Assembly (NCBI GenBank): GCA_051532035.1
Contig: JAOPTW010000095.1
Coordinates: 1 to 22,798 of the forward strand
Reading direction: 5' to 3'
DNA from: Fibrobacterales bacterium
Lineage (GTDB): Bacteria > Fibrobacterota > Fibrobacteria > Fibrobacterales > JAOPTW01
Length of the DNA: 22,798 nucleotides
Shown here: in pieces, positions 18,155 through 22,798 of the stretch
Position numbering within the stretch: the stretch's first letter is position 1
How the letters are laid out: each line of letters opens with the position of its first letter
Notes under the pieces: model-generated
The model's input: the letters and a program-made list of their open reading frames with translations, nothing else
Told to the model about the DNA's origin: nothing
Database searches by the model: none
Position numbers and translations under genes: made by a program

Positions 18155-18337
18155 TTATGCAACAGCAGACTCTCTTGTTACAGAAAGTGCCTTGATTTCA
18201 TTAAAAGGGGTACGTTCTCTATACTCAGCACGCTTTCCAATATTAAATTCACTCACTGGGCGATAATAGCCCATAACTCGAGTCCAAACTTCGCATTTGC
18301 TTCTTTCATGATCATGGAGAATGATTGCCGCTGACAT
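18155..18337 (-). CDS. Stand-alone NrdD C-terminal glycyl-radical-loop protein, copy B (60 aa)
   Basis: ERSKCEVWTRVMGYYRPVSEFNIGKRAEYRER. AAGGGG RBS upstream. Paralogue of 16516..16695. Confidence 0.92.
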   Translation of the reverse strand: MSAAIILHDHERSKCEVWTRVMGYYRPVSEFNIGKRAEYRERTPFNEIKALSVTRESAVA

Positions 18338-18511
18338 TGATTACCCCTTACTTGTGAAACACTATATATATAAGATGCTCCAGTTACACTTTTTTGTAAA
18401 GAGGTTTTTTACATTTCTTTCAAATTCAATAGGTTATGAATAAAGTTATCTGTTCAAAATGTGGCATTTACATAATTTTGACTTACTGATAAATATGAAT
18501 AATCACTCAAA

Positions 18512-19216
18512 TTATTGTCTGTCTAACTCAGAATCACGTTTTTTATTGAAATCTAACCACTGAGTAGTTGCAGTACTATCTATCTCGCGAGTATTATACT
18601 TACCATTTGATTTTATATGAATTTCTTGACCAGGTGTCAGAGTAATCCAAGTTTCGAGAGATACTTCATATGGACCCTTAATCTCTTTAGGAGGTCCCCA
18701 GTGGGCACTTGAATCAATAGCTATTGATGTTGTGTCGGACGGCCCAACATCTACTGTACCTTTAAATAACGCAACGGTTGCACTTGAGTCAGCTCCTGCT
18801 TCGACGCTAAATACTGTACCGCGTACTGCGGCTGTTGCAGTAACCGTCTGAATGGTAAAGGGACCATTCCGCTTTGACATCTTTCGAATATTAGCCCAAA
18901 CCTTACCTTTATTTAAAAAAGGTGCTGAACTATTTTTCCCACTTAATATAACATCAGAATTTTCACCTACTCGAAGAACAGTGCCATTCGAGTAGGTGAT
19001 TTCTAATAGACTTTCTGATCCAGTGATAAATACTTGCCCCGCCTTAACTGGAAATTGCACTTTCATTTTTTTACTCTTACCCGACTTCTGTTTTAGGAAA
19101 ACATCACCTGAAATAAAAGTAACCTGTCCTATTCTTGCTGCACTTGTTGCTTGAACAAACAAAACAATACTCAACACAGATAGTGTAATTGCAAACCAAT
19201 ACTTGTGGCGTGGCAT
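18512..19216 (-). CDS. Exported FecR-domain protein
   Basis: Signal peptide MPRHKYWFAITLSVLSIVLFVQATSA. FecR motifs ITGSESLLEI...VLRVGENS and IQTVTATAAVRGTVFSV. ATG at 19216 with AAGGGAGA RBS; the track's extension to 19414 overlaps accC. Confidence 0.85.
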   Translation of the reverse strand: MPRHKYWFAITLSVLSIVLFVQATSAARIGQVTFISGDVFLKQKSGKSKKMKVQFPVKAGQVFITGSESLLEITYSNGTVLRVGENSDVILSGKNSSAPFLNKGKVWANIRKMSKRNGPFTIQTVTATAAVRGTVFSVEAGADSSATVALFKGTVDVGPSDTTSIAIDSSAHWGPPKEIKGPYEVSLETWITLTPGQEIHIKSNGKYNTREIDSTATTQWLDFNKKRDSELDRQ

Positions 19217-19226
19217 AGCTTCTCCC

Positions 19227-20576
19227 TTAAAGACTTTCCAGAATCTCTGGATAGTATTCGAGGAATTTCGTATTAAAATTACCTGACTGAAAGACCGGGT
19301 GCTGCAGAATTTTCTTATGTAGAGGAATTGTTGTCTGAACCCCTTCAATAACAAATTCATCAAGTGCCCTGAGCATACGTGTAATTGCTTGCATCCGTGT
19401 CGGGGCATGTACAATAAGTTTAGCTATCATAGAGTCATAATATGGTGGGATTACATACCCTGAATAACAATGACTATCTACACGAACACCTGGTCCACCT
19501 GGCACAGAAAAATGCTCAATTTTTCCAGGTGATGGTCTAAAGTCCTTTGCCGGGTCTTCAGCATTAATACGACATTCCATTGCATGCCCCTTTAATTCAA
19601 CATCATCTTGAGTAAATTGAAGTTTTTCACCTTGAGCAACACGAAGCATCTCTTGGATGAGATCTACACCAGTCACCTCTTCTGTAACACAGTGTTCAAC
19701 CTGAATTCGGGTATTCACTTCCATAAAAAAGTTTTTACCACCCTCATGCAGAAACTCCATTGTGCCTGCACTATGGTAGCCTACTTCGAGAGCTCCTCTC
19801 ACTGCACTTTCACCTAACTGTTTTCTCATTTCCGGAGAAAAGGCAGGTGATGGTGATTCTTCAATCAATTTTTGGTGACGACGCTGTACAGAACAGTCAC
19901 GTTCCCCAAGGTGAACCATATTTCCATATTTATCACCTATAAGTTGAATTTCTACGTGGCGTGGCTCAGTAAAGAATTTTTCCATGTATAAATCGCCATT
20001 TGAGAAACAGGCTTCAGACTCTGCTCGAGCAATATTAAACTGTGTTTCTACATCTTCAATACAATGTACAACACGCATTCCTCGGCCACCACCACCCGCT
20101 ACTGCTTTTAGAATTACCGGGAAACCAATCTCTTCTGCTTTCTTTTGCGCAGATTCAACAGTAGGTAATATACCTTCACTATCTGGTATACATGGAACTC
20201 CTGCTTTTTTCATCGCAGCTTTTGCATAGGTTTTTTCACCAAGCTCTTGGATTGCTTTTGCAGATGGTCCGATAAACTCGATTCCATTCTCTTTACACAC
20301 TTCAGCAAAATGTGCATTCTCGGCCATAAACCCATATCCAGGGTGAATACCATCTGCATTGGTAATTTCCGCTGCAGCCAGTATTTCTTTTATATTAAGA
20401 TAACTATCTTTAGCTAATGGTGGGCCAACGCACACATCTTCATCCGCATAGTGTACATGTAGAGAGTTGTTATCAGCAGTTGAATGTATCGCAACTGTTT
20501 GAATTCCAAGTTCTTTACAGGCTCTAATCACGCGAAGCGCAATCTCACCCCTATTAGCAATTAAAACTTTTTTCAT
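19227..20576 (-). CDS. accC: Acetyl-CoA carboxylase biotin carboxylase subunit
   Basis: KKVLIANRGEIALR, HPGYGF, GGGGRGMR, ERDCSVQRRHQK, EVNTRIQVEH and YYDSMIAKL motifs. Confidence 0.98.
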   Translation of the reverse strand: MKKVLIANRGEIALRVIRACKELGIQTVAIHSTADNNSLHVHYADEDVCVGPPLAKDSYLNIKEILAAAEITNADGIHPGYGFMAENAHFAEVCKENGIEFIGPSAKAIQELGEKTYAKAAMKKAGVPCIPDSEGILPTVESAQKKAEEIGFPVILKAVAGGGGRGMRVVHCIEDVETQFNIARAESEACFSNGDLYMEKFFTEPRHVEIQLIGDKYGNMVHLGERDCSVQRRHQKLIEESPSPAFSPEMRKQLGESAVRGALEVGYHSAGTMEFLHEGGKNFFMEVNTRIQVEHCVTEEVTGVDLIQEMLRVAQGEKLQFTQDDVELKGHAMECRINAEDPAKDFRPSPGKIEHFSVPGGPGVRVDSHCYSGYVIPPYYDSMIAKLIVHAPTRMQAITRMLRALDEFVIEGVQTTIPLHKKILQHPVFQSGNFNTKFLEYYPEILESL

Positions 20577-20692
20577 ACTTTCTCATTTCGTTTAGGGTAA
20601 CCCTTAATTTCACAATACCATTAGAAAAAATGAAATGGAATTAGATCCAATCATTTTAAAGCTCTAATGGTCATTAATTTAATAGTCTAAGG

Positions 20693-21151
20693 TTATGGAG
20701 CTACCTTAAAAAGAACACCATCATATTCAACAGGAGTCGCATCAGAAATACAAACTTCTACAACAGTTCCATCAATATCAGACTCAACTTCATTCATAAG
20801 TTTCATTGCTTCAATAATACAAACAACTTGGCCTTTTGAAACTTTGTCTCCAACTTTCAAATATGGTTCTGAATCAGGAGAAGGTTTTGCATAGTAGGTT
20901 CCAACCATAGGAGATTTGATTGCAAGTCCCGATTCGATTACTGGAGTTGCAGTATCAACAGCAGACCCTAGTGGTGCTACTACAGCTGTAGGTGTCGCTG
21001 CCATGGCTACTGGAGCAGCCTGTGAAACGGTATGTACTACTTCTTTCTCTTTCTTAAGAATGATATGGTTATCATTAAATTTCCACTCGATCTCAGTCAA
21101 GTCTGAATTATCTAATAAACTCATCAGTGATTTTACTTCTTTAAAATTCAT
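20693..21151 (-). CDS. accB: Acetyl-CoA carboxylase biotin carboxyl carrier protein
   Basis: SPMVGTYY, EAMKLMNE biotinylation motif and an Ala/Pro-rich linker. ATG at 21151 (MNFKEVK) with AAGGAA RBS. Confidence 0.97.
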   Translation of the reverse strand: MNFKEVKSLMSLLDNSDLTEIEWKFNDNHIILKKEKEVVHTVSQAAPVAMAATPTAVVAPLGSAVDTATPVIESGLAIKSPMVGTYYAKPSPDSEPYLKVGDKVSKGQVVCIIEAMKLMNEVESDIDGTVVEVCISDATPVEYDGVLFKVAP

Positions 21152-21200
21152 GATGTTCCTTATTGTTTGTTTGTTTTTCCGTCTTCTCACTAAGCCCAGA

Positions 21201-22798
21201 TTAATCTTCTGCTTTTTTAGTGAGTATTTCTTTAATTTCTTTCTTTCTAAGTGCGATAACTTCATTAGTAGGATCACTCTTAGCTAACTGTCTATACATC
21301 TCTAATGCTTGTGCATAAAGATTTTGATCAAAATAGATCTCTGCCAGGGTCACTGTTGGTGTAGGTAAATCTGAGGGGTCAATTGATGTAAAATAGTCTG
21401 TATCTTCTATTGCATATGGAACTTCAGCAGCCTTTTGTTGCTTCTGCTCCTCTTCTACCTCTTGAATACGTAATTCATCAAGTGCAGATGTGTCATCATC
21501 CGCAAGTTCAGACATGTCTACAGAGGTATCTATTATCGATGCCGTTTCCTCATCGATGTGTAATTCTCGTTCGTCATTAATACTTTCAGATAATGCCGCA
21601 AGATCTATCATTTCAGTTGCGTCAACATCTAATACTTCGTCAGCTATAGCACTTGTATTGTCGTCATTATTTTCATTTGACACAGATTCAATTTCGTCAA
21701 ATTCAGGAGGCTTTTCTTCAGACCTTACCGGTACTCCTTCCATATTACTTGCTGTATCATCAAGATCATTCTCTTCAACAATCTCATTTAAATCTTCAGT
21801 GACTTCAACACTGTCAATGCCATCAAGAATTTCAAGATCTAATGCACTATCACTTGAGCTATCCCCCGTGACAGTATAAAATGTTGATTGGGTATTTTCT
21901 TCGCCATCATTAAGGTCTTCATCATCATGATCTATGGGATCAATCGGTTCAACAGAGGTCTCTTCTTGATCTAAGTCGGCTTCTTCAATAATATCATTAA
22001 GGTCACCATCTATTTCAACATGTTCAATTGTATCCAATGTATCAGGATCAATGACTTCATTTTCTGAAGCTGCACCTTGAACATTAAAAAACTCCGTTGA
22101 TGATATTTCGCCTTCATCAGACTCTATTATTTCAGGTTTTTCTATTGAGACATCATCACTTTGTTCTTCAGCAACAACACTCTCTTCAGTGTCATTTGTT
22201 GTATCACCGTTTTCATGCTCCTGTTCTTCAATTAATAGTCCAAGGTCTTCATCCACTTCAACACTATCAATTGTCTCAAGGAGTGACTCATCAATACCTC
22301 CAAGGGATTCATCACCGAGTACATTAAAAAACTGACTTGAAACTGCAGTATCATCTTCTGATTCAGTTTCATCCACCTTATTAGGTTTTTCATCGACTAC
22401 ATCTAATGAACCCTCTATCTCAAGCTCTTCTAATGACTCAGTGCTATTTTCTTGTAGTGATTCCAAGACAAGTTCATCAGGCTCATCATATATCACATTT
22501 TCAGAAGCATCTTGATTCAATGATGCCATATCTACAGTTTCAACTTCATCAAGTTCGATTGGTTGATCAATATTTTCCACTGAGTCCATAAGTGTATCAT
22601 CAGTTACTATTACTTTCTCAATAATGCCTTCATCTAAAGGTTCTTCACTCAACGATGTTAGATCAACAGTCTCTGTTTCATCAACTTCAATAAGTTCATC
22701 TAAAGCTTCAACTGGCTCAACTGATGTATCTGCTGAGTCAGATTCTGCTGTTGAATCTTCGACAACCGTTTCTGTTGTTTCTGTTGCTTCTGCCACTT
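21201..22798 (-). CDS. Highly acidic, repeat-containing protein with a C-terminal TPR-like helix pair; probably 5'-truncated by the window edge
   Basis: Open frame to the right edge, extremely D/E-rich, with C-terminus PTVTLAEIYFDQNLYAQALEMYRQLAKSDP. Confidence 0.8.
   Translation of the reverse strand, partial: VAEATETTETVVEDSTAESDSADTSVEPVEALDELIEVDETETVDLTSLSEEPLDEGIIEKVIVTDDTLMDSVENIDQPIELDEVETVDMASLNQDASENVIYDEPDELVLESLQENSTESLEELEIEGSLDVVDEKPNKVDETESEDDTAVSSQFFNVLGDESLGGIDESLLETIDSVEVDEDLGLLIEEQEHENGDTTNDTEESVVAEEQSDDVSIEKPEIIESDEGEISSTEFFNVQGAASENEVIDPDTLDTIEHVEIDGDLNDIIEEADLDQEETSVEPIDPIDHDDEDLNDGEENTQSTFYTVTGDSSSDSALDLEILDGIDSVEVTEDLNEIVEENDLDDTASNMEGVPVRSEEKPPEFDEIESVSNENNDDNTSAIADEVLDVDATEMIDLAALSESINDERELHIDEETASIIDTSVDMSELADDDTSALDELRIQEVEEEQKQQKAAEVPYAIEDTDYFTSIDPSDLPTPTVTLAEIYFDQNLYAQALEMYRQLAKSDPTNEVIALRKKEIKEILTKKAED

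Noticed and set aside
16516..18337. Small RVMGY ORFs as decayed nrdD pseudogene fragments
   Set aside because: Each has an ATG, an RBS and an intact frame, the core is conserved despite synonymous divergence, and I saw no upstream nrdD remnant.
10522..18340. Accessory block as a mobile element or prophage
   Set aside because: No integrase, transposase, phage gene, tRNA or terminal repeat was seen; local duplication explains the structure.
19217..19414. N-terminal extensions in the ORF track for the FecR gene (also accB to 21277, flippase-like from 8511, YfhO from 1267)
   Set aside because: These extensions overlap upstream genes, and downstream ATGs fit better with RBS position, operon spacing or family N-termini.
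658..22591. Short ORFs nested within long genes, mostly antisense (e.g. 658-840, 2202-2429, 11785-12096, 14223-14619, 19608-20229, 20916-21287, 21490-22591)
   Set aside because: They are shadows of well-supported genes and show no recognisable motifs.

Overview
AT-rich bacterial chromosomal window. A TIGR02147/DUF4423-like gene and several Ser-linker lipoproteins suggest Fibrobacterota, but this is inference. From left to right it holds: the 5' end of enolase; an ArsR-SAM-methyltransferase fusion regulator; a surface-glycan modification cluster (YfhO-like GT-C, three SAM methyltransferases, inverted GT4, AsnB-type amidotransferase, flippase-like membrane protein); an accessory minus-strand block; then a FecR-domain gene, accC, accB and a partial acidic repeat/TPR protein. 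The accessory block has two candidate systems. (1) Two paralogous ~60-aa stand-alone glycyl-radical-loop proteins (NrdD C-terminus-like, RVMGY), one missing from the ORF track and preceded by tandem NrdR-like boxes 31 bp apart, with no nrdD or nrdG in the window. These are either split class III RNR subunits or GrcA-like spare parts. (2) An array of LamG lipoprotein genes, including an unannotated pseudogene, where two genes share an upstream GTTCAC-N5-GTGAAC palindrome next to an HTH-like TIGR02147 gene, a candidate regulator-operator pair.
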